Positions 12,748 through 24,236 of a stretch of 64,000 nt of DNA are shown one piece after another. The stretch is from Vicugna vicugna (Eukaryota), in contig MU058636.1 in the NCBI GenBank assembly GCA_013265495.1, positions 4,747,741-4,811,740 on the forward strand. The letters run 5' to 3'. The notes below the pieces were generated by a model. The model saw nothing but the letters and a program-made list of their open reading frames with translations, searched no databases and was not told the origin of the DNA. The position numbers were made by a program, and so were the translations under genes. Each line of letters begins with the position of its first letter. Positions within the stretch are counted from its first letter, which is position 1.

Positions 12748-13029
12748 GAACCTTTTATATTTTGAATGCAGGCATTTTTATTTTCCAAATGAGAGTCTCA
12801 AATATGATTTATCAAACACTGTTTTTCATTTTCCACCCCATTGATAAGTATGCATCCTGAACAAAGTTCTAAATAGCAATACTCATATGGTGTTTACTAT
12901 ATGCACTGCTCTAAGCACTTTACATAGCTTACTTCATTTAATCCTTACATCACCTTTATAAGGAAGAAAAAGCTCAATTAAAAAAACTTAAATTAAAAAA
13001 AAAAGTCAGGATTTACTCTAAAAGGTAGG

Positions 13030-15480
13030 TCTCTGCTTCTGGCAATGATGGATTAGGTAGTTTTGACCAAGTCTCCTGCTTAGGACCACTAGAAAAGCTG
13101 AGCAAAGAAAATGATCATTGAAAATGAGAACTCTCTGAAGGCACTGAAGAATTATCAAACTATTAGGGAAGGAAACCCAGAAACCCAAGTGAGTCTGACA
13201 TTCGGGTCTACATTTCTCTAAAGGCATCTGCCACTTCCAGGAGAGGTGAAAGGCAGCAGGAAGCTGAGAATGAGTTAAATAAGTTGATGAGGCTGAGGGA
13301 TAATCTTAAATATATCAAAATGGAAGAGCCCTGATAAACAATTCAGGTTTTGTGTTGGTAACTGATAAGATGTACCCAAAGAATAAGGATGAACCAGACT
13401 TGACCAGCCTTCCCAGATGCTGAAGCCCTGCTTCCAAACAGCTCAACCTTGACTGGAAAACAGTAACCAGAAATTGCAAGTGTCCCTATCAGCCTGACAA
13501 AGGCAAACAATTCTTCTGTGGAAAAAGAGACTATCCTAGGCCTCAAATTATCCCTATAATTTTTCATAGACAATATCTAGCACTCAAAACAACCAGGTAT
13601 ATGATGAGAGGGCAACATACTTGAAAATCAAGGAAAATGAAACGGACAGCGACAGAACCATAGGGGATTAAGTTAATGGAGTTATCTGGTACAGATTTTA
13701 ATTATGCCTACTATGTTTTAAGAAATGAGACTGATATTTCCAGAGAATTGGACATTTAAAAGGACATATTTCTAGTACTGCAAAATGCAGTAACTAATCA
13801 ATAACTCAATAGGTGGGTTTGATAGCAGATTGGGAAAAGCTGAAGGAAAAATTAGAGAAATGGAAGATACTTTAGTAGTTACCCAAAACTGAAGCAAGGA
13901 GAGAAACAAAAACATAGGAAATATAGAAAAGAGCATAAAGGTATAAGGGATATGATGCAAAGTCTAATATGAGTAATCAGAAGAAAGAAAAACGGAGGCA
14001 AAAGCAGTATTTGAAAAATAATGGCTCATCGTTATGGAAGACTTTATGGAGATCCCTCAAAAAACTAAAAATGGACTTACCATATGATCCAGCAATCCCA
14101 CTCCTGGGCATATACCCAGAGGGAACTCTAATTTGAAAAGATACACGCACCCCAATGTCCACAGCAACACTATTTAACATAGCCAAGCCATGGAAACAAC
14201 CTAAATGTCCATCAACAGATGACTGGATAAAGTAGTTTGGTATATTTATACAATAGGACACTACTCAGCCATAAAAAAATAAAATAATGCCATTTACAAT
14301 AATATGGACAGACATGGAGATTGTCATTCTAAGTGAAGTAACCAAGAGAAAGAAAAATACCATACTGGGGGGAGGTCACATATGTGGAATCTAAAAAAAA
14401 GACAAAACAGAAACAGACTCACAGACATAGAAAACAAACTTACGGTTACCAAGGGGGGAAGGGAGTGGGAAGGGATATATTGGGAGTTCGAGACTTGCAG
14501 ATACTAACAACTACATATAAATTAGATAAACAAGTTTACACTGTATAGCACAGGGAACTATATTCAATATCTTGCAGTGACCCATAATGAAAAAGAATAC
14601 GAAAATGAATATACATAGTATGACTGAACTGTTATTCGCTGTACACCAGAAATTGATACAACGTTGTCAACTGACTATACTTCAATAAAAAAAGGAAAAA
14701 AAGATAATGGCTCATAATTTTCCAAAAGTGATAAAAATCTTCAAGCTACAGATTCAAGAAACACTGTGGATTACAAGAAGGATAGATACAAAAAACCCAC
14801 AACTTGGCATATAATTATAAAACTCCTGAAAACCAAGGCAGAGAGAAACATCTTAAAAGCAAACAGACTTAAGAAGGTAAGAAATATTACTTCAAAGAAG
14901 CTGCAATAAGCCTAATAGCCAACTTTACAGAAACAATAAACGTCAGATCCTTAAAGGGCAGAAAAAAACTACTGCCAGCCTAAAAAAGTTCTACTCAGCA
15001 GAAGTATCCTTTAAAAAAGCTATCCAGACAAAGTAAACTGTTGTCACCTTCAGATCTGCGCTACAGGAAATATTAAAATGTGTTCAAGTAAAAGGAAAGA
15101 GGTCCCAGATACAAAAAGGACCTAAGAGCAACAGAAAGGGTAAATACGTAGCTAAAGCTAAATTAAATATGACTATATGAAATAACGTCTTGTGAAGTTT
15201 AAAACTGACATATACAACAACAGCAAAGAAGCTAGTATGAAGTGATAAGGAATTATAGTGTTATGAGGTCACTGCATTGCTAAGGAGAGGTAAGACTGAC
15301 TTATCAGAGTCCACATAAATTGTTACAGAATCACACTGTCATCTCTAGGGTAACTACCAGAAGAACACTAAAGAATGAATAACTGTCAAGATAATGGAGG
15401 GGGTAGATTTTTTTTAAAAAATCAATTCGAGTGAACACAGGAAAAATGGAGTAAAATATTAAGAAAATATATTTAAATCC
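13030..15480 (+). mobile_element. Old L1M 5'/ORF1-region relic in ZAR1L intron 3
   Basis: A-rich degenerate L1 ORF1-like sequence (atggctcataattttccaaaa...acagattcaagaa...aaggcagagagaaacatcttaaaagca). Boundaries approximate. Confidence 0.6.
14030..14700 (+). mobile_element. Younger 5'-truncated L1 inserted in the old L1, with TSD
   Basis: Homologous to 2060-2730. TSD ataatggctcat at 14018-14029 and 14704-14715. Confidence 0.92.
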
Positions 15481-16084
15481 AAAGCAATATTAAACAATAA
15501 ATGAGAATGTCAGAGTAGAAAATCAAACAATAAAATAAACTATTAGACTAATTTTTTAAATTATTTATTTCTAAGTAGTAAAAAATATTTTTAACTAAGT
15601 GAAGGATTTAGGTTAAAAAAAGTCGATTATGAAAATTAACTATGTCACACTTTTCTGAAAAGCTGAAAACAGACATTTCCTGCAAGCCATTTTAAGTAAG
15701 AGCTCATCAAATTCTGTGACTTCCTAGGCACTGGTGACAACATGGAATCAGATCACAGTTCTAATACTATCTGTTTAACATTAGATTTTCTTATTGAATT
15801 TGAGCTTACTGGTCTGTATCATGGATATAACACCTACATCAAAGGTTAGATTATAGGAGACTATGCAAAGCACTTAGACCCAAGGCTGGTACATAGTAAA
15901 GGCTTAATAAAGGTTACCTATTAAATTTATTACATCCAAAGTATACCTAGGGTGTTTGAGGAAAAACTCACACATCCCATACATAAACACATCCCATAAG
16001 GCAACTTAAGAGTAAATCTCCCTCGCCCTCAAAAAACCTAGAATTTATGTTCTCTTTTCTAAAACATAAAAATTCAAACATATA

Positions 16085-16218
16085 CACAAAATGTTATAAC
16101 TCACAGAAAAAAAAAGTGACAATGAGTGTGTATATGTCCATGAATGAAAAATTGTGCTGAACACTGGAATTTGACACAACACTGTAAAATGATTAAAAAA
16201 CAATAAAAAATGTTTTAA
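16085..16218 (+). mobile_element. Severely 5'-truncated L1 3' end with perfect 17-bp TSD
   Basis: TSD aaaaattcaaacatata at 16068-16084 and 16219-16235. L1 terminus ...ttgacacaacactgtaaaatga...caataaaaaa. Confidence 0.85.
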
Positions 16219-16354
16219 AAAAATTCAAACATATAGAAAACCTAACATTCATACACAAATATCCAAGGCTATCAAATCCTAACATTTGCCACAGAAGCTT
16301 CATGCTTAAGAATGGAAACATTATAGACCCAATGGAAATATTCTGTTTGCTTAC

Positions 16355-16429
16355 CTGGCACTGGATTGCTTCTACCCGATAAGGGTTAAAACTCTTTTGG
16401 CATTTGCAACAGAGTTGTTTGAAATAAAC
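16355..16429 (-). CDS. ZAR1L: ZAR1L coding exon 3 (VYFKQLCCKCQKSFNPYRVEAIQCQ)
   Basis: ctctctag| ... CAG|gtaagc. 75 nt, phase 0. Confidence 0.97.
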
Positions 16430-18000
16430 CTAGAGAGAAATTTGTCTTTTATACAAGCTTATATGTACCCTAGGCTCCCAGTTAAGTAATCCATTCCTCC
16501 ACCTTGTATCTTGCCTTTGCCCAGCTTTGCCCAGCTTGCTTTTGCCCTGAGGTCTTAGGCTCTTCTAGTGCTACCAGTCACTTTTTCTTTATTCTCTGAA
16601 CCTCATTTTCCTTACCTGTAAAATCGAGATTAACACCACCTTTTTCTAAAATTCTGACAATTACCTAATAATGTCCACAAAGTACCATAGTAAAAGTCTT
16701 CAGTGGGAAGTACCTAGTATAATTGTATTCATTGTGCAGGCAGGATCCCTGACCTTCTGTCCCAGTCTATTTGCCTGTACCTTTTCATTTTTTTCAGTGT
16801 TTCCCCACTTGAACTTCAAATTACTTACAGTTACCTACCAGTACATGTGATTTTTAGGCTGTGGGCATTTTCTTGTGCACTTTTCCTCCCTTCCTCAACT
16901 TGGTGAACTCCTCCTACTTAAAAACCTTTAAAGCCCTGCTTGGACATCACGATGTCTTCCCTCTGAGAGGGTTAATCGTCCCCCTCCTGTAGCATTTCCA
17001 TACACTTCCATGCCACAGGTGCCAATGCAGCTACTGCCAAACCTTGTTTTGTCTGCGTTACTACTATCAGAATAAATTTCTTCAGGGTTAGTTCTATGTC
17101 TTGTTCTTTGTATTCTAGTACAATTGTTTGGATTAAACCCCCTGTTTTTCTTCTGGCAGGAGAAGGAAAGTAATTTAAAAATCTGTTCACCTCCAATGAC
17201 TAGTAAATGGCTAGTGAAAAAAAAATCCAGTTATCATTCAGGCCTTAGCATGCTTCCTTGCCCTCTCCCTCTACAGCCCTTAAGCCAGAAAAACAGTATC
17301 TAAAATGCAACCACACAGGAGACGAACTCAAATGCCTGCAGAAGGTAATGAGATAGACCAGGTGTAGATTGTAACAAAATGATCGGCCCACACCCAGGGG
17401 AAGGAGAGAGCTGCTTGGCCCCTGCCTACCGGCTCTCACATTGAAATGAGTGTTTAATGACCAGAATCTGACTGTTAGGAAAATCTGGAAATGCAGAATG
17501 TGAACTCTTTCCCAATCTTAATATATTGACGACTAAATCAAAATGGGGGTTGGGGGTGAGGGACTGCTTAGCTTAAACAAGTCTAACTTTTACAATACAT
17601 TATTTCTCTTATTGCCCCACCTTGTGGACAGACTGGAAATTTTCCATAGCTAAGGCCCAGCTAAGGACCTGTTGAAAATATATCAACTAAAAAGTAATTA
17701 TAGAAAGTCTCAATGTACACAAGAGCAAGCGTTCATCTAAATTACCCAACATTTTGTACGACAGGAGCTACCAAACCAAATATAACACCAAGATACAGTT
17801 CAGGAACCTCAAGAGCTGATGGGGACAGTCCAATTCAGTTCAACTCAAACATTCACTGAGCACCAACTCCGTGCCTGGCATTAAGGATGCCAAGATGACT
17901 GACAGAGCACTACCGTCATGTTCCGTTAGCAAACATTCTTCCTCCGTTTAGCATCTGTGCTGCCCCATCCTTCTTCCGTGACCCACTCACTTTTACTTAC

Positions 18001-18093
18001 CTTATTAGTTCCAGAAATGCACCACACGTAAGCACTTTCCCATCTGGTCTTACAATCTTTGCAGTGAAAATAGCCGTATTTTGGTTCTAAAAA
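18001..18093 (-). CDS. ZAR1L: ZAR1L coding exon 2 (FLEPKYGYFHCKDCKTRWESAYVWCISGTNK)
   Basis: tttgcag| ... AAG|gtaagt. 93 nt. Hallmark ZAR1-family motif. Confidence 0.98.
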
Positions 18094-18642
18094 CTGCAAA
18101 TCAGGAGGAAAAGGTTTTTACTACTTTGAGAGGGTGGGAAAAAACCAAATCCCTCTTTCCTTGTGACTTTGTATAAGGGGAAAAACAAACAAACAAGGAA
18201 TCTCCTTAACCTCATTCGTTGCTCTTCTCAAGGTCACTCCACTAACTAAGCGTCTCAGCTCTCAAGGGCTGGTTACTCTAGAACGCTTCCTGCTGCTCTC
18301 ACATTTTTCCAATCTATTTTCCCCAAGGCCGCTAGCCCCATCTGCACAAACTGAAGATCTCATGATGTATTTCACAAACCTGAAACCCATCTTTGTCTCC
18401 TCATTCCCGATACTATGGTTCCCAAACTTTAGTTTTTACAGGCTTAAGGTCAGCACCCTACTTTATCAAAAAGTTACATAACACAGTACTTGTAAAATAC
18501 ATGTTTTCTGATCTTCCTCTCCTTCATCAAATAAAGGCGAGAAGGCAGAAAGGATTCTACTTTTATCGCCCCAGAAATGGAAAAAGAGGAAAAGAGAGGG
18601 TAGGACCCGCAGAGGGCTGAGGCGAGGGGAGAGGAACCTCAC

Positions 18643-19302
18643 CTGAAAGTTGGACTTCCGGAGAGGAGGGCCGGCGTCTCCCTGGGCTTGCTTGCTCTTC
18701 CCTTCCTGGGGACTCGAGGCATCTTCCCCCACCAACTCCTCCCGCGGCTGCAGTTCCTCGCGGGGGTCCTCCTCCCCCCTTGGCGTTGGTGGTGGCTGCT
18801 GCTGCGGCTGGCTGGCCTCCACAGGACCCGAAAGCGCCTTCCTCTCCCCGTCTTCCCCATCCTTCCGCAGCCGCACCAAGCCCCTGTGGCCCATCACTGG
18901 CGAATAGACTCCCCAGGCTAACATGGGAGGCTTGTGACCTAGGCTGCCCCAGGGGGAGCGGCTGCGCAGGGTGCGAGGCCCCAGAGAGCACTGGACGGAC
19001 TTGTCCACCCGCGGGCTCACCTGCACGCCCACCTCCTTGGTGTTGGCCTTGCATAGCCGTAGGCTCAGGCTGGGGTTCATCTGCGAGAGAATGGCCTTAA
19101 GCTGGGCCCTCTTGTAAGGGTCCACGTAGTAGTCAGGGGCGTTCGAGGGCACCAGCAGCCCCGGTCTGGCCAGGAAAGCGGGGGGACCGTTGTTTTGCCC
19201 CCAGTCGGGCTGTTTGTGTTCAGAGAGTCCAGGCTGGCCCAAAGGCAGCGTGTTGCCATAGCCCGGGTACAAACCGTACGGAACACGGACGAAGCGCTCC
19301 AT
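18643..19302 (-). CDS. ZAR1L: ZAR1L coding exon 1 (MERFVRVPYG...RKSNFQ, 220 codons), GC/CpG-rich
   Basis: Within ORF 18466..19380. Motifs AQLKAILSQMNPSLSLRL and EVGVQVSPRVDKSVQCSLGPRTL. Donor CAG|gtgagg. Confidence 0.95.
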
Positions 19303-20009
19303 TCGCCCACCGGGCGCCCAGGCGCAGCGCAGTATCCCAGAGTAGTTTGTTTGTGTCCTTGTTTTGCCTTCCACCTTCATCCGCCCCCTTTCTCCAGATC
19401 AAGTTGGTTCAGGCTTATCCCGAGCTTCTCCATTTATTTCAGATTCTGATGGGTGCTGCTGCCTATTATCCTAATTGGAGGGGGGAAGGGATCTCCCTAC
19501 CAACAGAGGTCTAATTTGCCACCTGACCCTTAATTGCTCTTCCCTGCCTCTTCAATTCACTGCTCCTGAATCTTTTTTCAAAGCTGTTTTTCATTTAGCT
19601 TCTTATTCACACACATGCTTTAATTAGCAATTCATTAATTTATTACCATAATGACTTAACATTTAGGGATCCTGTTTTGAAAGATACTGTACATGGAATA
19701 CAAGCAGTAAATTATTCGAACTGCCACCCTAGAAGAATGAGTACAAGGAAGAAAGTGTATTATAGCCAAGCTAATGAATGTAAAAAACCTGAACACAGGA
19801 GCAAGTTGCATTAAGTTATGGGGGGGTTGGGGGACAGTGCATATAATGAAAAACATGCTTTTCAGAGGGTTATATGACATGTCAACGGTTCGCATTAGCC
19901 CACTCTAGTGAGGACCTCTCTCCCCCCCCAAAAAAGTAGGGGAGAAAAGCAAATAGTTCTGATTTAGAAGGTAAATGCAGATTTAATTGCAGGATATTTA
20001 AGTATCTGA

Positions 20010-20195
20010 AGTCTCCAAGGCTTGAATTGAAACCTGAGCCTTGTTTACCAGGCAACTTACTTAACTCGGTGATTCAGTTTCCCCATCTGACAATACTAAC
20101 CGATTTATAAAATTATTATAAGATTAAATGTGATATTGCTTATAAAGCACAAAGCAGAATAATACGTAGGTGTTCATCAAGTTGTAGCTGTTATT
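20010..20195. mobile_element. MIR fragment
   Basis: ggcaacttacttaac...tcagtttccccatctg...aagattaaatg. Confidence 0.6.
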
Positions 20196-20779
20196 GGGTA
20201 AGGGTTACAGGCCTGTGTTTCTTCACCATTTAGACCTAGGTGATCAAAAGCTTTGGTATTTATCAACATTGGTAAGGCTTCCTACTACAGCTAAGGATTA
20301 TGAATAAACTAAAATGACAACTAAGGAACTAAGTAGAGGCCACCCTTTCGCTAATCCAAGATGCCTCCGCTGTTTACTGCTCAAGAGCCTTCTGGAAACA
20401 GCAAGGCCCATGACCCACCCTCACCTCCAGAATCCAGCTGAAGGCTTTCTAGGTCACACAATAAACCTGAGTGAAGCCGTGTGCTAGGCATATCACCGAT
20501 CTTGCGAATGATGAGACTGCCGTCTTCCCGGGCAGTTTGGAGGGGAAGTCTGGCACAAAACAGGGTGCCCCAGGAATGCCAAGGATACTACGGAAGCCTG
20601 CATAGGGAAGGAGCTAACACTGCAGGAGACTTAAGGTGGGTTCCACAATTTTTCAAGCAGGGACACCGGCTCAGAGGTCTTGGAAACCTGCTGCCTAAGA
20701 GCAACACGCGGACTACAGCTAAAGTTCCTCTGGCTTCGAAACTCAGCCCCTTCCACTCTACAGGGAGCACAAAGCTGGG

Positions 20780-21600
20780 CAAGGGGTCCTCCACAACCAC
20801 GGGCCACTCGGGGGCTTTCTAACGTCTGCCCACTTTAGGGCACGCACCTTCTTTTCACAGAACAAAGACCTTTCAAAGACCCCAGGCCGTGTCATCCAAA
20901 CGTGAGACGGAGCAGAGAGAAGGGCGTAAAAGTACTGTGAAGGGGAGCAAGCTGGGGCGTATACATAGGGCGTTGTCCCTCCAAGCAGCGCGGCCTGGTA
21001 CTCTGCAGCCTCAGGAGAAGAGAACAAGCGCCCCAGCGCGCTCCTTAGCGGCTCGTGACTGACGGTCAGGCAGCTGAACAAGGATTGGCTTTTGCCACAA
21101 GGAGAGGCGGGGCCCGCCCGGCCAGAGCCTGACTTCCGGGTGGCGCGCGCGCTGCGTGCTGCGTCATGGCGTCATCGCGTGACGTGGCCCGAACGGGCTT
21201 TTGGCGGGAGCGTCCGAAACCCAGGGGGCGGAGGCGGGGCTGCCGGGGCTCGGCGCCTTGGGGTTGTCTGGGGAAGTGGGTCACCGCGAAAAGGAGCCTG
21301 AGGGGTCAGATTTCTGATCCCAGTGCCGGCGCGGCATTTGTCAGCCTACTCTGGCCCCAAAGAGCTGCACCCCCGAAGGCGGTTAGTGGCGGCAGGGGTG
21401 GAGACGGGCCTGCCTTCCGCGGTCTCGGGCGGCGGGGAGCGCATCTCACGCTGGGTGGGAGCCGCGGCCTCCGGCACTCGGTGGTCCCTTCCAGCCCCAC
21501 GCCGACAGGGGAAAGGGACATCCGGAGGTTCGAGCCCCGCCCCTTCCCGGGGACTCCATGGCCCAACTGGGCGCCGCCGGTCCCAGATGCTCCGATCTGA
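20780..21600. promoter_or_regulatory. BRCA2: CpG island / bidirectional BRCA2-ZAR1L promoter. ETS site ACTTCCGG 21132-21139; GCGT(C/G)A repeats 21161-21184; E2F-like TTTTGGCGGG 21199-21208
   Basis: High GC and CpG density. Close resemblance to the human BRCA2 core promoter (GCCTGACTTCCGGGTGG...GCGTCA...). Confidence 0.9.
21201..21381 (+). other. BRCA2: BRCA2 non-coding exon 1 (TSS approximate)
   Basis: Resembles human exon 1 (GGCG.GAGC.TC.GAAAC ... TGAGGGG.CAGATTT ... CTGCACC). Donor GCG|gttagt at 21382. Confidence 0.85.
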
Positions 21601-21759
21601 AATTTACTTCGTTGGAAACACGATAAAGTTACTTTGGGGGAATATTGCTATTTTGGAGAATGTTTTATAGCCTGTGGCACACAGTGCCTGCCTTATTTAG
21701 TCTCCAGGTAATTGCTGTGTTATGGAGATTTATTGATTGGCGATTGTCAAACGATGTTC

Positions 21760-21945
21760 ATCTAATAGCCGTCGCTAACTGCGCAGCCACGCGTGACTAG
21801 ATAGCTGCCTAAAGGTTAAATAACAAAAAACTCTGTTCTTGAGTCGTACTAGCCACATTTCAAATGCTTAAAGTCGCTAGTGGCTGCTTTATTTGGACGG
21901 CACAAATATAGAAGGCGCCCTTCATCGCGGTGAGTTCGGTACTTG
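21760..21945. mobile_element. MER3-like hAT MITE in BRCA2 intron 1
   Basis: actagccacatttcaaatgct...ctagtggct...ttggacggcacaaatatagaa matches the MER3/MER33 core. Confidence 0.7.
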
Positions 21946-22114
21946 TCCCCAAAACGGGACCGAGGTAAATAAACAATGTTACTTTAGGCAACTTTATCCG
22001 CTTCCGATTTTACCACAGAGTCTCTTAACAAGAACTGCATCCCTGTGAACTGTATTTTGGTGTTCTCTTTTGCAGACTCATTTACCAAACGTTGGAGTAA
22101 TATTGTAGATAAAA

Positions 22115-22181
22115 ATGCCTATTGGATGCAAAGAGAGGCCAACTTTTTTTGAAATTTTTAGGACGCGATGCAACAAAGCAG
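22115..22181 (+). CDS. BRCA2: BRCA2 exon 2 coding part ([22 protein letters not shown]); exon begins at 22076
   Basis: tttgcag|ACTC... ATG at 22115. CAG|gtattg. 67 nt. Confidence 0.97.
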
Positions 22182-22470
22182 GTATTGATAGATGTTATAT
22201 AAATTGAGCAATTACATTGAGAAAAATGTTTTCAGAAAAATGTGTAATTGTGCATGTTTGCTGAAAAGAATACAGTACTTCTTGTTTTTGTTTACACCAT
22301 AAACTGTGCTCTGTAGAATCAAATTAGTTAAGAAAATAATCCTTTTCAGTTAACCAAATGGTAAGTACAGACCCCATAGTGGATAAAGAGCTGGCTGGCC
22401 CCTTGATTAGCAGAAGAGTTGTTTTTAAAAGCAGAGAATTTCTAGAAAGTCAGAAGCACTGGTGATGTGA

Positions 22471-23797
22471 TAGCGGAAGTTGTCACTTTTTGGTCTCAGT
22501 ACTCCTTACACTCTTAAAATGATAGGGGACCTCAAAGAGCTTTTGTTTATGTAGGATACCATATTAGAAATTAAAACTAAGGACTTAAAAAAATTTATTC
22601 TTTTACTTAATAACAGAACATTGCATAGTAACATGAATAACATTTTTATGAAAAATAACTTCAAAAAGAAGTGAGAGGAGTGGTATTATTTTAAAATTTT
22701 ACAGTTCTCTATAATATTACTTAGTAGAAGATAGTTGGATTCTCATACCCATTTCTGCATTTAATCTGTTAAAGGTATTTTGGTAAAGAGTATATATGAA
22801 GAAAACCCAACCTCACACAGCAGTGTAGTTAGAAAAAGGAGTATTTCTTTAGCCTTCAGTTAATTGTGGGTATTTTTCTTTGATACTTAAGACAAGTGGT
22901 AGTTTCTTAAAAGTTGCAGTGTGGAATCTGAAACCATGTAGTGAATTTTTCATGCTCTTGTTACATTAAATTCAATTAGTTTTTCTTGCACCTTGAATAA
23001 ATCTTTCATCCATGCATAGATTATTTGAAAAAAATTGATGTTCTGAATTACCCAAGATATTCCATATATTGACACATTGCATTAGACATGATTTAAAAAT
23101 TACATTGGTTAATTCACTGATCTCATCAGAAAAGTCTTTTAAGATTGGGAAAATGTCAAGCTCACAGGGGCTGATAAAGTTTTACAAGATTCTGATTCTC
23201 ATTTGAAAGCTCCCATTTTATCATCGGCAAAAACTGTTCTTTTCCTTGCAGTAACAGGCCCACTTATGTCATTTTTGAGAAAATGTCTGCTAAATCATCC
23301 AACTCAGAATAACTTTGTTGTTCTTTCTAGTAAAAATGGCTTTCCATGAAAAAACTACTAATTCAGTCAACAACTTGTGATGAGTGCTTTTCTAGATGAG
23401 TACTTAAATATGGAGAAATGCTTCATGCATGCTTTGTATTTTGTTACAGAGGATATTAAAAAGATGTACTCGAGGGTTAGGCTTTAATAAAACTAACTTC
23501 TGCTGCTTCGTTAAGGACACTTTAAGTTAAACTTGCTTTTTGTTTTTGATTTTTTTTGTTGTTTTTTTTTTAACAAGTAATGATAACAAAGGATACAATG
23601 ACTAGTACAGTTTTTTGCCACTGCCTTGACTCATGCAAAGCTATCTTTAGTTTTACCCACCAGTGGTGCAAATATCAACATTGTGAAAAAGACAAATGAT
23701 GCCTAATATTATGAAAATAGTTTTGACTATTTCTCTTGAAAGGATCTTGGGGACCTTCCTCTCAAATGATCCACAGACCACACTTTGAGAACCACTA
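22471..23797. mobile_element. Charlie1-type hAT DNA transposon derivative (about 1.3 kb), intron 2
   Basis: End ...tttttggtctcag...tacactcttaaaa...caaagagcttttgtttatg and other end gaccacactttgagaaccact. Confidence 0.8.
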
Positions 23798-24236
23798 CTT
23801 TAAGGGTGGATAGATTATAGGAGAAATTTTGTCATTAACAGAGAATCTATTTATTCCATTTTATTTGTGAGTCTACATGTTTCTTGTACTGTAGATTTGT
23901 CACATCCACTTTTGTAGTGTTGATAATTATTTGAATTGGATCTGTGGAATGTATTCTTATTATGGATGAGTTTTGCTTCTGACTTGTGAATATAAAAGCA
24001 AATTTTAGAAGAGCTAATATTGCTAATAATCCCCTTGCAATTTTTGTAAACTCTTGTTACACCTTACTACAGATTCAAAAGAGAACAGATTAATGGTCTT
24101 GTTTAATTGGTATGCCTTAAAAGTAATCCACAGTCAAAATCTGAAGCATCCTTTTCTTTATCATAATCTTTCCTGGCTCATGGATTTTATTGTGTCACTG
24201 ATTAAAACTGAGATGAGATCTTTATTTTTCTTACAG

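Noticed and set aside
18563..19449. Many overlapping ORFs on both strands over ZAR1L exon 1
   Set aside because: Expected from stop-poor GC-rich sequence; only one frame has ZAR1-family motifs and splices correctly.
20481..21670. ORFs of 69-144 aa in the CpG island (e.g. 21166..21600)
   Set aside because: GC-rich artefacts. The 21166 ATG is upstream of the inferred TSS and that ORF runs through the exon 1 donor.
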